A stretch of 51,599 bases of DNA from Callorhinchus milii (GCF_018977255.1 NW_024705361.1:1-51599); one strand, 5' to 3'; shown: positions 10,781 to 25,130, counted from the stretch's first letter. The notes: generated by a model not told the origin, from the sequence alone. Program-made: numbers and translations.

Positions 10781-12409
10781 AAACACACGGCGCATTCGAT
10801 GGCGCTGTCCTCTTCCTCACAGCCGTTTGACCAGGCTTTCTCCACTGCTTCGCGCTCTCTGCTTTGCACGCTTGGTCGACGCTTGGCGATCTCCGCCCTT
10901 TTACAGGTTGATGGCTTGTCGTCACTCTTCACTCTCTCTGCTCCGTGCTTCCCTTGTTCGTGCAGCTGCCAGCTTCACTCGCACTTAACTTCGTTCTGCG
11001 AGAAGCGACACCTGCTATCGGCATCGGTGTTTCGTTTCCTCACGACGCTCCGCCAGCCGGAGCGCGGCTGAAACCCAGCCCCGACCCAAGTTGAACTCAG
11101 ACTTCTGCGACTCGAACGACCCCTCCTCGTTCCATCACTTCTCGAGGCACGATCTGCCCCCGCTCTCTTGCGAGCCCCGTCGCAACGCTGCGTCGCAAGC
11201 CGAGTTGCGAGACTGAGCGCGACTCGGACAGACTGCTCTCAGACTGTCACTTTAACGATGTCTCGTCGTTCCATCTCTCCTCGAGGCACGACGCGCCTCC
11301 GCTCTCTTGCGAGCCCCGTCGCAACACCGCGTCGCAAGCCGAGTTGCGAGACTGAGCACGACTCAACCCAGACTGCCTGTTCGCTGTGTGCGCCCGTGCC
11401 TAACTCAAAACGTGACTCCCCTCTCTCTGCGCATTCCTTGCGAGCGGGCAACAAAACACAAACAGAGCGAGAAAAAGCAGACACCCCCGCGACCCCTCCT
11501 CGCGACCTTTCCTAACCCTCCAAGCATTCATGGGCCATCTGTTTGTGCTGCGGGGAGACAAAGACGGCCGTGTTTAACTCAAAACGTGAGCACCCTCTCC
11601 TCTCTCCGCGTCTCTTGCGAGAGAAAACAAACAGAATAAAAAAAAAACAGATATCTTTGGAATGTCAGGCACCGATTCCCCCCTGTGACCTTTTTGCTCC
11701 CTCTTTGCTTGCCAGGCCCCGCTGGAAGACAAAGGTGGCTGAGGAGATGTTTGCAATACATTTATGTGGTCCTGTGTGTTACATTTATTCTTGAATTATA
11801 TTTTATGAGTTCCTTCGGTCTTAGTATCGGGGTTATCATTCGTCTATGTTTAATGAATATTCGTAATGATCCTCGTCACATTATTATTTTGGGGCTTCGC
11901 CAAGTTTAGTTCTCCAGAGATTGGTGTTTTATTCTGAGTTATATTTTAATGTCCTGAGGTTAAGCGTAACTATGTTTCCACTTAAGCTTTCTGGAATTCG
12001 TACTCTTTAGTTTTTAGGAAGGTCGTGTAGGTAGGAAACATATACTAATAATAAAAAATATTATTGTTTGTTGGTTAATTATCTTTGTTAAGTTTCTACT
12101 TTTCGGTAAGGAAAACGTTAAGAAAACGCGAGTTGCAACCGTTATTTACTCTGCACCTCATCTGTACATCTCCAGATGTCTTGGGAGGCTAGTCCATACA
12201 TCTTTTGTCCATCTGGATGTCTATGACCTCTCTGTGACCGAATTCTCAACATTTTAACCGCCCTCCATGTTTCATGGATTCCTGGTGTGCTTGTGAGGAG
12301 TAGTGAGTTGTTTTCATTGTTTAATAAAAAAAAAATATATAGATAAATAAAAATATAATAAATAAATTTTGAATTGTTCTTAATAAAAAAAGGGTATAGA
12401 CACAACAAG

Positions 12410-13250
12410 TGCCATGAATGACTGGCAGATCTACCACCTGCGCTCCCTACTGTTCCAACTTGCTGCATTTTACTCATTCTGTACTCCGCTCGTTGTAGTG
12501 AGCATCACTTCTCCGCCCTCCGTTATTGCTGGAGGCGGACATCCTTCACAAAACTCCTCGAGAGAGGCTGATTTTGAAACCACTGGTCGAACTGTTGGCA
12601 AGCCCAAGCAGCTCCACATCCTTCTGTTACACAGCAGTCAAACTCTTGCCTATAGGTTTAGCCCCTTATATCTGGACAAACAGAAGCTGTTTGGGTACGC
12701 AGTGACTGGCCAGTTGGGCTACATGACCCAGCCAATGCTGCCACACCTGCCTTAGGATCTTATTGATGGGAATTTGTCCAGATCTTTCAAGGATTTAAGC
12801 TGCTCACACAATCCAGTTTTGTAAATCCACGGTGGATTGTCGACAACTTGAAAATGGAAAACCAGTGTAGATGTTCCCTTAAAAGGGATCCACGTTTCTC
12901 AAATGTAGAGAAGGGAGGGGATATCTAGCTGAGAAGACCCAGATATTTATGTGGAGCGACAGGCCATGCAGCATTCACAGTGTGTTACACAGCTGAGATA
13001 ATTATGTTCAACCGATTCGGAGCATTACCTCTGCTGCGGAGCTGGTCATAAGCACCCTTTCAAGGTATGGAAAATTGTTCTGCTCTATCAAAAACTGCTC
13101 CAACACTCATGGGGAGTGGAGGGAGGAGAGAATACGATGACACAGAATACCCAGGCAGGTGCTTTGTTTTATGTGGGGATAAACGTAAACCCCATTTCTT
13201 AGTAGTACGCTCGAAGTTCAACAAAAGCTTCTCCAGCTCATACTGGATAT
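12410..13250 (-). mobile_element. Degenerate RTE-type LINE fragment
   Basis: LLLNFERTTKKWGLRLSPHKTKHLPGY matches LLLKLECATKRWGLTISPTKTTHLPGY of the copy at 30214-30660. Confidence 0.75.
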
Positions 13251-13935
13251 AATTCTGATGGTGTGGATGGTTGTAATGTGGAGGTGGGCAGTGGTAATGC
13301 ACACTCCTGTCTAATGAGGAACCGACAGTTTGGGACCAAAACTGTTACAAGGGCCCATCGAAGACTACAAGGACCTAAGAATGCAATGCAAAACTCAGAT
13401 CTGGCATGACCAGAGGGGGCCTGATGGAAAAGCTGCAGCAGTTGGATAATAACTCTCAAAACAGTCAATACAAGGATGACTTTGCAACTTCAGTCAACTC
13501 AGGGGAGCCTACGTAAATGTTTCCTGCGCAATTACAAATGTCAGTGGCAAACGCCTCAGTAGTTTAAGGCAGAAACTAGCATGCTAGAAGTAATTATGCT
13601 CCCAATTTCAGAATCGCTCTTCGTCATATCCCTCTGAAGAGCTCATGCAAGTCACAGCAACCGAAGCCCCTACACCTGCTTTGAACCATTTGAGGATAAA
13701 GTGAGAGGTACCCTAAGAAAAATGAAAAAAAAAACAAAGTATCCAACATTTGCAAAATCAGAGAAGAAATGCTGACACCCAGAGGCTCAACTATCATCAC
13801 ATGGGTGAGTATAATCTTTTAACACACGTGGAGGGCAGGCTTGAAACCAGCTTTCAATGATGAAGCCTTTTTGGTTGGACTGCATGCCGTCTTACTCGTG
13901 CTGTGTCAGTCGTAGAAGTTGTTGGACAATACTTA

Positions 13936-15069
13936 TGTAATACGAGAGTTCACCGACGATCGCCGATCAGTGGATAGGCCATCACCCAATCAGAGGGATG
14001 AGCCAAAGTTAGGGGCGGAGCTCAAAAGGCACTGGGGAAGTAACCATCTAGAAGGTTCATGAGGGGGCGTGGCTGTAGGTGGGGATTGGTGACGTAGGCC
14101 AAGGGATATAAGGGGAAGCGAGCTCGGGGTCAGTGTGTGGAGTCAGAGAGCAGGACCACGTCGCGCGCCTCCAAAACGCCAGCGGCCACGTGGCGGGCCG
14201 GAGGCTTCCTCCCAGCGAGCCGCCTGTCAGTGGTGCGCGGGAGCGGGAGTGGTTGAGAGAGAGCAGGCGCGAGCAATCACTCAACAGCGCGGAACGGAGT
14301 GCAGCCATCACAGAGAGAGAGCAGAGCTGTCCAGCTGTGGAGAAGAAATAAATAAAGACAAGACCCAAGTCCAGATCGTCGTCGCAGTGGTTTATTTCAT
14401 TGGCGTCAGAAGTGGCTCTTGAACTTGGACGAATCGGTCACTGCTGTGATGTCCAAGCATCTCAAGAAAAAGAACCCACCTACGCCGTCCTCGGACGAAG
14501 ATGATGATCCGCTCAGCCAAGAGTTGGCAGACCCGGTTGCCGCGACCGCGGCTGGGGTGACCAAGGGATCGTGTAAGGTAGTGGACGTGGAGCCGTTTTC
14601 GTCTCCGGCCGCAGAGGATGGTTGGAAGCGGCTGGCGGAGCAAATCGAGTCTCTCCAAGCCGTTCTTCTGAACCTCGTCACGCTGGTCGCCTCGTCTACG
14701 ACGCTGGGACCAGTGCGGGAAATGCCGCCGAGTGGGAACGGGCTGGGCTCCCGTCCTGGGGTTGCTGAGGAATGGGCCGCCATCGCGCCCGAGACGGACG
14801 CCACGTGGCGCGTAACCGCCATTTTGGGTGCGGCCGCGAGCGTGCGACCAGTTGCCGCCATTTTCTCCGAGCAGCGTGGCACGCGCCCGGGGGAGGCAGC
14901 ATCGGCCGGGGACGGGGGCACTCGGCGGAGCAATCGCCTACCCAACATTAAATAATTCTCCGCGGGCGGCGACTGGAACGCCTTACCTGGCGGTTCGAAT
15001 CCGCTTTCCGTTCAGTGAAGTGGACGGAGGACTAGCCACTGGAGGCCTTGCCCACGTTGCTGGAAGATG
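13936..15069 (+). mobile_element. gag: Ty3/Gypsy 5' LTR (13936-14399), tRNA-Leu-like PBS (14401-14415) and truncated gag (from 14449)
   Basis: TGTAATA...TTTCA with TATA-like GATATAAG and AATAAA; PBS TGGCGTCAGAAGTGG. MSKHLKKKNPPTPSSDEDDD and GGDW..WRFES..LPTLLED match the element at 46033 onward; contains stop codons. Confidence 0.85.
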
Positions 15070-15107
15070 TTTAATTGGCGGTGTTACGGTCTATTTCCTC
15101 AGGGAAG

Positions 15108-15327
15108 AACAAGTAAACCCGTAAAAACAAAGTTTTTCACTATAAATCCTTTATATGCGTGGCGGCTAGAGTCTTCTCGTCCTCTGGCTTGAGATGGCTG
15201 CCACTTATGGGTCAGATGATTGTCTGCCAGTATTAAGCAATTGGTAATTAAATATTTAATTTGTTTTCCCTAAACAGAGTTAAATTTGGAAAAAAATTTT
15301 CACGAACACTAATTGTCACACACAGCG
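15108..15327 (-). mobile_element. Helentron-associated (DINE-1-like) non-autonomous element end, cut by the gap
   Basis: AACAAG, then hairpin GTAAAAAC-AAA-GTTTTTCAC, then subterminal repeat TAAATCCTTTATAT; reverse complement of ~35280-35490. Confidence 0.65.
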
Positions 15328-15357
15328 NNNNNNNNNNNNNNNNNNNNNNNNNNNNNN
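15328..15357. other. Assembly gap (30 N)
   Basis: Run of N. Confidence 1.
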
Positions 15358-18300
15358 CAGGTAATCTAGAGGGGTATCCGTGTGAACTTCAACGTCGCTA
15401 ATTGTGGTAGGCTCACCTCTCCACGCGGAATTGGTTCCCATGCACCAGAGACCACGAAAGGTAGCACTTAAGGTCTGATTAGTCAAGGATTACTTCGACT
15501 CACACACTAAGGAATGTGTTTCTGGGGTGTACATGAAACGTGATCCGTAATAATCAGTTCTCACCATGTTACGGTTGCTGTTAGTTTGAGTTGATATCGG
15601 TACCTATGTCACGCGCTTAATAGAACGAACCAGCATGTAACAGCACCCACCACTGTCCGCCACCATTGAGTGACCAACTAATATGACGAAGGATTAAACT
15701 CGAAGGTACCGCTGAAGATCGAGAACGCATAATCTTTGCACTCAATGATACTCTATGTGAGGGTCCAAAGTTGCGGTGTACTCTAATATGGATGCGAAAG
15801 TCTAGTGGGCTCGAAGACCGGTTTACGTTATTCTCCAGGAAAGATTACGCGAGCTCAGACGAGTTAACGACTGGTTCTGAAGGTTGTTCTTACTTTTGGG
15901 AGTTCACGGCGTCTACCGAACAGACCTGCGGAGCTAAGCTAATCTTTCTCTAGGGCAGGTACCACACAGACTGCTATGAAATGATGTATGTTCTAGAGCC
16001 TGGCCATGACCGCACACTCATTGCAGAGAAGAGCCACACAAATTGACTTCCGGTCCCGCATCGCGCACCGACCTCTTGAGGTTCGCGATAAAGACATTTG
16101 GCTAAGACGTTGAGGAGAGTTATGCCTGATGCTAGGAAGAGAAGCTCAGGATGAACAAGACTGCTAAGAGTGGAAAAGGATTGCATACGGAGGACTCGGA
16201 AGCGGGTCAGTGACGCCATTATTCATTAAAGATACGGCGTAGTTCCCTGTTCAACACTGCCCATTTTCCGTAACTGGAGCCCCTGCTGCCAGCTCGACGG
16301 TTCGATCAGACGGTAGCGAGTGGAATCAGTCCACGAGCGTAATACGGTCCGCACTTTGGTGCTCGAGCTTCGGGGCATAGGTTTATTAAGTCTCCGGGAA
16401 CTTTGAGTTAGATGGCAGTACCTTTCTTTATACATATTGGGTAGAAACATGTGGTTATTGCGAGTCCATGCCCGCGTACGATATCAAGTGGTTGTCAGGT
16501 ATTTTTGTAACGTTACTCTTCTAAAGTTTGGATACAGCATTCCAATCGTTTGTCATGAAAAGCTTAAAAACCGAGGTTTTAAGCGCCCGGCCATAGCCAG
16601 ACCGTTTATCTGGTTACCCTTCCGACACAGCTCGACTTACCTTTAACACTTGCATGTGTACGTTAGGCAATCTTAGGAACCTACCGCTTTTCTCAGGGCC
16701 GCAGGAATAATCTCAAAGTAGCGAGTTGCCCTGAGGGAAACAGGAAATTAGGGTCACTCGCGACGCGCGTCAAGCCTACTATCGGATATAACAAATGTCG
16801 TTTAATACTCTGACCCCTCCGGACCAGGTGACCGATCTTTGTCCCTCTTTTATTACGCAGCGTACGCCTTTAGCGTATCAGGATCAGAGTGTGAGTCAAT
16901 TTCTGAGTGACACGTGAAGTGATGATAACAATATTCTTAGTTATATCCTTAGGTAGATAGTCCCAGGCCAGCACCCTGCCTTTAACCATGGCGCTAAAAC
17001 CGCTAAGTTGGACAGTGCTGACATAAGGCCGCCTAGCATGCGCGCGTAGCAGAGTTGTATGTTACCTGACTACCAGCCTACTTGATAGAGCAGCACCACG
17101 GAGGGGTGCTCGTGATACACACTCATCCCGTCTGAAAACACCGGCAAGGTACTAATACTGGAATCCTTGCCTGGCCTTCCTTCACTGAGCCGTGATCCGG
17201 CGAATCTTTATTGAGGGATAGGGCAGGCAATACCTCGTGCGATCTCTCTTAGGCTCCCATGTTGACAACAAGCCTTACTGGATATTCGCCTTGATTTAAA
17301 GATATTATAGTTGAGTCTATCCGTATATCCAGTCAATAATGCGGGCCGCAATCCTAGGTCCACTTATGCTATCTTTAGCACGTCATCGTGCTAGCAATCG
17401 GTACGCTGAGATCAACGTCAACACCTTGACTACATCCTTTTTCCATTTCTTCGTCTCATTGTTCGGTAACTTGGCAAGCGATGGGTAAACAAAGACGGGG
17501 CAGAGGCCCATGAATGTCTATCCGTCGACTGCCACGTAACCCATAATATGTAAAGACTCAGTTCTAAGAGGGGTAATTAATCATCGATGGTTGTCAGAAG
17601 CTGGGTGGCAGACACCCCAAGCATAGTAAACCCACGGGGCTCTTTCGTGGCCGGGGCAGAAGTCACCTCAAATTCTCTGACTGGCTCACTCATGTTCATC
17701 CAGTCCCTCAGGTCAAATGTTCTATTCGCGAGCTATTAGTAGGCTCAGGTCTGTAGTACTGCCTTAATCAGACTGTAAATGCCGCATGTTTACCTGGTGT
17801 CAGGCTCACCAAATTGACTGGGTTCGTGGATCGGAACGCGCGTGTGAAACTGTGGGCCACGCCATAACGGCGTATAGAGTCTATGTTGTGAAGCATCTAT
17901 GGCCTACCTCGTTGACGGCAGCGTCCGCAGTATCTAAAAAGCTCGCTCCTGTCCATACCTTCCTCTAACCTACTAAACCCAAATGGGTAATTCCACCAGT
18001 TTCGGTGAGGAACTGGTCTCCGTAAAACGTCTACCTCCCTCTACCGCTCAAAGAAACTATTGCCCGGGGGAGAGTATTCGAAATTATTAAGTAAACCTTG
18101 TACCAGCAGACTGCCTTTCGGATAACGCTCAAAAGGAGCCTTGCCAGAAAATATATCGCATGCTATTTCAGAACTCCCATCGGCTCTAGATCTGCGGCCG
18201 ATAGCGGAGAGAGACCTTCGGAAACGCGGAACGCAAGAACCTTCACCTCATTCTCCGTTCAGCAAATTCGGGCCCACCACGAAATCATCGTGCAGTAGGA

Positions 18301-21300
18301 CTTCGACGAAATCCACAGTCTCCGAAGAGAAGCCTCGTGCCCCTAATACATCTGCCGTTTTGAGATGCTGTACCGGCGATGTGATGTTTTCTTCGTAAAC
18401 GTTTACTGCTCGGAACGCGGGACAAGGATTGCCTGCCTAGGACCCGAATGTCGCGTAGCGCTGAATCCAGACGCTGTTTAATAACTAATCGGCTTGTCCA
18501 TACGGCCCTCAAAAGCTGGTTGAAGCACGATTCTACTCCCAACGTTCCCAGGTAGAGTGCCAGCTTAAATGGCTACATGTCAGATGTACCCCTAAGCCTA
18601 AATAGCAATGGTACAGTTGGATCGGTCCACCCAATTACTTCAATGATAAGCGAGGAGCGGTTTTATAAGATCAATGAACGAGATGAAATATCGCAACGGG
18701 GCCCACGTCCTTGCTCTTTACGCGGATAGAACTGGCTGGTCGCACACATTTGATACCTTTCATCGTAGAGCGCAGGCGGTCGCACCCTTTGGAACGGAAT
18801 CTACAACTGTGAATAAACTCATTCAAACACAATATCGTAGAATCTCACGTGCTGCTATCGTAAAACTACCCGGAGATTAGTGGGATAATTGAGTGGCGGA
18901 AGGACAACGCGCTCAACTCTAAGACTATGCGCAATCGTGTTGCACTTACACTAGTGAAGAATTATGTACCCATGGAGCCGTTCGTTTCACATTTGCACCT
19001 AGCAAGCCCCAATTCCCAAATGAATTTACACGGTTTAGAGGGGTTATGAGGTGTTACGAGCTCCAACGGAAGGAGACATGCGCATTGTGGGAGAAACGTA
19101 TCCGTGGAGCAAATTAGTCTACCCGGCACCCAGCCCACCACCTCCAATAACCGTCATATGTTTCAAGGTCTCGTTATAGTTGGCCTGATTTTAAGCGACG
19201 CCAGGCGGGATACCTGGCCCACCAAGCAGGGTATGTGTCTCCGCGGTATTTCAATAGCGCACCTGTCATCGGATATACATCGGCACGGACTTTTTCTGAT
19301 GATTCAGGCTCCGTATATCTTGCGGCATACTAAAGGGTACGTCCGCACACTTCTAGGGTGCGTCAACTCGCAGTTAAAACTCAGTACCCTGTTCTTGTCG
19401 CAAGTACAGATGGTGTATGTATTACCATGTTGGCATTGATACGTCTCGCCGGTCAGCCGTGGAGGTATAACATTCTTCCGAACTAGGCGTCAAGATCGTC
19501 TCCTGCCGCGGAACAATGTGAATAAGCTGAATCTGGGATCACATTGTGGGACATGGTCTGTCTTATTTCAACAAGTCGAATAAGAGGGGCACAAAATAGT
19601 ATTAGGACTGGGGCCATTTAGAGCCTGGGCGAGCGATCCCACTCATAATGTGTCCGAAGCTCGTGGGGTTGAAAAAAGTCATCTAATTAATATGCGATTC
19701 AACCCCAAAGCCTACGCGGATACCAGAGTAGACTTAATTCAGACGGATGTTGCGATGTTTAACACGTTACCCAGCAGCAGACCCAAGAGGCTCGAAGGTA
19801 ACAGTAGGAGACCCCGGATTGATGCCTGCCAGTAACAGGCATCCGGCAGATGCATACACAAGACCCGAGCAATGTCACATCAAAGCTGTCTTCCGCGACA
19901 TTAAACTAAGCCAGATGAACTATTGAGTCTTGGCTTATTACATACAGAGAAAATGTCTGAGGCATTTGTCCGCGCTAATTTGAATCCGCTATATTCGCAC
20001 TCCCGCCATTCTCTCAAGATTCGCAACCAGGATTACCCGTTCATAAAAGGGTGTGTAAAAATGAAGATTATGCTCCTAGTTATTACGTACCGTTTAGAAA
20101 GACGGTACGTGGCCCCTGAAGTCACTTGACTAGATCCTTCTCATTGAGGAACCTTCGAGCCCGATCCAGACCAGTATCGACGCTCCATTCTATGGCTAGT
20201 GTATCCCAGAGGGGGTATAGTCCGCGCGGTCTTAAGGCACTGATCGCGCGGATAGGGGCGCGCTTGCGGATAGGTACTGTTCCCTACTACGCTCAACCCA
20301 ATTGAGTACTGGAAGATCATCCAGCGAGAGAAGTGAACCTGGACAAACGGGAAAGGTGGGTGCTGCCTGTCTCACTTAATTATCTTCTCATATGACAGTA
20401 GTCGAGACGTATAAAAGAAGATGTGTGTAGTTGTAAAGTTTAGGGGATTGTGAACCTCAGTGGGGACTACCGCGTCGTAGTTTAGCGAGCTCTGCTACGT
20501 TATTATATGATGCGCCGAACGTTGCTCCAAGCCTCACATTTAGCTAGTGCACCTGGAGCAACAGTATGTTAAGTGCCCACGAAACCAGCGATGTAATCAT
20601 GCGCGCTCACACAACACGGGAGAGCCATGTAATGCGTCGTAGATGCAGCCTTCTAAACCGAAGTAGGAGAGCATAGTCTAACCTAGTGGACATTCTCAAG
20701 CTCGGCACGCGCTACCTTCGTCCGTTATGCCATATAATAGGGTATACGTACCGTGCCGTTCGTAAGGACCACATGTTGGTTCTCCTTTTTGCAACAGTTA
20801 TCCTGGGCACTTCCACGTTTTTGCGCTTTAAATGGACAACTAAAACAATACCGCCTTTCATATACGATGTTGGCGTAGCATAAGAGGAAATGACTGCGAC
20901 ATAGGAGGGCTCTACAATACACTTGTCAACGCATGGTATACGGATGTGTGACAGCGCCGGTTAATGCACCGTTAGGGATCTAGAGCAAACGGGTAGGAAC
21001 CCTATAGGGTTTTGGACAACGTGCTAATCGTTGGTATGGATGGCCGCCATGGCTGGCTTTCGGTAGCGATCGTAACATGGCGTGTAGTTTATTCTGAACC
21101 ATAGGTACGAGCCCATAGCGGTGCGCCCACTCGGAATGACTATTAGTTAGGGAATAATCTAGATGACCGCTTGCGAGCTCAAAGATATCCTATGGTCTCA
21201 GGGCTCAGACCTACATTCCTTCGAATTATACAAATGGAAATCAGAGTATTTCATGAGACCAAACATTAAATTTAAAACGCCGTAATCATATGTCACTCGT

Positions 21301-24300
21301 AAGTAAACCATTACGTTCTTCACAAGGCATCGCGGCATACTTGCGTATGCAGATAGGGAATGTATAACGCTGGAATTCGTTCACACAGAGCCCGCGTCGT
21401 ACTCCACCGTCGCGTGCGCGCACTGCATCTTAAGTGGGGACAACGACACGTTCACCCCGTCATCCCTCATAAGTGAACTCGCGAGCGCGATGCAAACATC
21501 CTGTGTAACTATGGCTGGAACTCTAACAGGCAGAACTTTATCGAGATAACAGCATCGATCCTTCTTGGCGAATATCAGGCGATATCAGAGCCACGCGGCG
21601 GGGTGCCATCGAAGCTACCAAGGGCACCACTTGCTGGCATCTCTGCAAGCCATCATCCAGGGGTTCTAAGTTCAGGGAAGGCTGGGTAGACAGGATACCC
21701 AAGCTGCAGTGGGCGCAAGCCTGAGTCATTTTATAACGGCATGCCCCACTAGCCCACATGATAGTGTGTCACGGTGAGGACTGCCGTCAATCAGTGAAAA
21801 GGGGATGATATAGGCCGCACCACCTGAGAAGATATTTGGACAGGCCGATAGTGGTGCACAGTCTCGAGGTTCTTCGGGCATATGTCAAAAAAACTATAGG
21901 GTTACTATTCCTATACATCTGCGAGCTCAATCGAAACCGTAGCAGTTCAAGCAAACTTCGTACACTGCTAGCATGAAGGTGTGAATACTCCCACGAACTC
22001 CAGCGGTGCTACTAACGGTTTGTAGTATTCTAGGAGACTGGTTTCTATTGGCTAATAATCTTTGAGGCTCAGCGGGCAATGCGTAGCTAATCGACCTAAG
22101 GTCCTATCGTTCTCATTTTACGCAATTTTATAGCTGGGTAGCGTGAGTATTCAATTTTAATAACGATTGGGCGAGTGTATGGCCAAATGTAGGAAAACGG
22201 TCTCCGGCATGCTTCGCAGTTCTGAATCCCGGATCGTGCCTGTTATCTGTTGATGGAACCGGTTCCCACTACATGTCGCGAGCAGTTGGGACTATCAATT
22301 GTATCGTAAAAGGCTGCGATTGGTGATCGCAGGAGTAGGCATCTTGCCGGGGCCGAATGAGACATGAAAGGGTAAAGATAGTTGTCTAAGACAATCGTCA
22401 GATCACAGTGTCGGGTTCTAAGGTTCAACTTCGCTGATAATATATCGGTACATTTCACGAACAGGTTCCCGTCATTGGCGGTTCCTAAAGAAGGCGCTCG
22501 AGGTGTGTGAGGGCCCACAAGCGATCGAATTTCGCTGCGGCCGCCACACCCGATCGTAGGCTCCATACGGCTTCGCAGTCTAGACCGATGCTAGTATGAG
22601 TCGACGCATATGCTAGTTAATTGCCTGTAGGTTTAGAAGTAGGCTCCACACCCGTGGGCACACCCACACCTTTAAATGACTCCGTCGTGCACTGACTATG
22701 TATAAAGAGCGAGCGTCAACTTCAAGTCATTCGGATCAATGTCCGAATAAGGATTGCAATACTGACGTGTACCGGGCTAAGGGTAGCTAGCTCACCCCTA
22801 CCGTGGGCCTTAAGTCTTTATAGGGCAAATGTCCAAGCGTACGGGGCTGTAGTGAGGAACTTTCAAATTGAAAAGAAGAGGGTGTAGTGGAATTATGTGC
22901 CAGTGGATGTACTCCATGGAAATGTAAGCGAAAGTGCACCGAACTACTCACGTGCGGAACCCTTATGGGCTATGAGACCAACGCAAAAAAGACCGCATAT
23001 TCGATACCTAAGGCTATTCGAAGCTTGACACCCATGAGGGGCGATAGGACTCTTAGTGGGCAGTTGCCGACTCCGAATTAGACGCTACTGTGTTACGCTG
23101 GAAAATTCAGTAAAATGGACAACTCCGCGACCTAGCCTGGCTTTATTCATATCTTTTGAACGGCGGGACCGTATGAGTGCACTTTGATAGATACTGTTCT
23201 AGCGTTTGACTAGGTCTTACACGCTCGTCTAAGAGAGTTTTTTCGATGTGAGTGAGGCAATATCTCTGATCAAAGTCTATCCCCGAAAACGAAAATGATG
23301 GATTCTCCTTAGCGTGAAGTATTTCCGTACCATTGCCTATTGTCCATTTGTGTGCCGTAAACACGTTAGATCCAAGGCCACAGTAACGGCGCCGTGGGGG
23401 TAATATGTTATCTATCCTCTGTGGGGACGTATCTGGCGTGTTTACAGGCACTACACAGGAGTAGCTAATGTGCGTTGTTAGTCGACAGGAAAATCCCGGC
23501 GGCACAACATAATGTACACAAAACTAGAGTGGCCTCGCGACCTAGCGGCTCTCTAGGGTTTCTTAGAAAAAGTTAATAGGGTCACATGTGATCGCACGGT
23601 ACTGTTCTGGCAGGCCGGTTAGCTGTCGGGTAGTTCTCTGTGTGTGGGCCCTGCCACTATATCATCCAGCCAATCGGTTACAGCAAAGTAGCATATTCGC
23701 TGCTCCTACCTTTAGCGTTAATGGCGGTCGTGTTACGTTCCACGAGCTGCCTGGGGACATGTTCTTGCCAACCGCCAGGAAGATAAGATTTATGACCGAT
23801 TCTCAACGCTTTGGTGCCGAGTCGGCGTCGTTCTTTTCCAAGGCGACTTGGGGGACTAGATAAATTCAGCCTACTGATAAATCTGGTGAGCCCGTGCAGG
23901 AAACCGTTTCTAGCATGCCTAAGGATTGCGATGTACGCGAAACCACCTAAAAACGAACAAGTGACGTCACAAATTGGAGCTTGAGCGCCGCAGCCAGTTA
24001 GAAACTGGTCGAGCTTGTTGGTTCCCTGCTAGTGTGGATGGTGGTGAACTTACCGCAAGGGGATTGCACAAAAATTGACAGCCAATGCACTACCGAGTCA
24101 TTTAAATGTGTATAGAACGCTACGATTTAACCAGAGCAAACACTTTAATCTGATTGAGGGCAGTAGGGGGACTGTGCGAATGTGGCGGCTATACATGGTC
24201 GGTGTTGGAAGTATACACCACTCCATACCGACTTAGCAAGACAGCCTCCAAGCATAAGAACGGGGCCCTGCTTTAAAACTCCTGTAAGAAGTTAAAGAGC

Positions 24301-25130
24301 TTTCAGCGTCAACCTGGGAACAGGGACGTCCGGCGCAAGTTATGTGTGACTGTCCAAGCGTTCGAATCACTCTTCTCAAATCTGCGCTATACTCAACGGT
24401 GTGAGGACCAGGTTGTCCTGTATGTATAGGTATCCAAAATTGCCCTCTTGCAATGGATCCATTAAAGAGCGCGACGACACACAAAGCCATGACTGGCACT
24501 CACTTTGTTTACGGTCATCGCATCTATGGGGACCATAATGCTCCCCTATCCTCTCAACATGGCGTGTCCTTCCGGTAATGATGGCGGGTGACCACCGGTG
24601 TCACTTGCGCTATCTTTTCCTAGGATCTCATCTCGTACTGGACACACCATTGCGGTCGACCGTACACCCTATACGCACTAGGTCGTTATGACGACTGAGT
24701 TCATGTATCTGGCTAGTGAGGTGTCACGCCGTGTGTAGAAATTTGAGCTAGCAGACGGTCACAATGTACGGCTGTTCTCCCAGATCAGGACGGCTACAGG
24801 CAGCTCTGCGACGTGGGGCCGTGGCGTATATTGCTCTACGGTCGAGTTGACTGTGACTTCTTGCTACGGACCAGAAGGGGTACGATGTCCCACAGATAGC
24901 ATGACAAGTTCGGGCCAGAGGAGAAAGGACTTTTCTATCGTCTCCATCCGTGCAGGCGCTTGAACCGTAGCGAGAGTACTGAGGTCTTAGGATCACCAGT
25001 CCTAAGCCGTGTGCCCAGTGAAAATTAGGTCGCGGAGGAACAGTAGTTTCCTATCCGTTCCACACACGACGCCGGGTACGCTCCGTCCACCAACGTTTGC
25101 TCATAATCTTTATGACGTGTTTCCGTTCTC
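15358..25130. other. Featureless, random-like sequence block (probably shuffled or artificial); right boundary approximate
   Basis: No ORF over 120 aa, no TE fragment, microsatellite or long A/T run seen; TpA, CTAG and CpG are frequent, unlike the flanks. Confidence 0.75.

Larger units (their letters stand above)
958..12407 (-). mobile_element. 5' LTR of the host element, split into 10781-12407 and 958-2224 by the nested insertion
   Basis: Minus strand starts TGTTGTGTCTATACCC at 12407 and ends ATACAACA at 958. Both halves match the LTR at 2225-4993 in reverse and rejoin across the AAAC duplication. Confidence 0.85.

Noticed and set aside
21172..23546. Repeated 11-mers TGCGAGCTCAA (21172, 21920) and CGCGACCTAGC (23126, 23536)
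   Set aside because: Several 11-mer matches are expected by chance in ~10 kb; no periodicity or extension.
15771..24996. Short ORFs (60-120 aa) as a viral or prokaryotic gene cluster
   Set aside because: Lengths and scatter over six frames look like chance; mostly non-ATG starts, no operon packing and no recognisable motifs.
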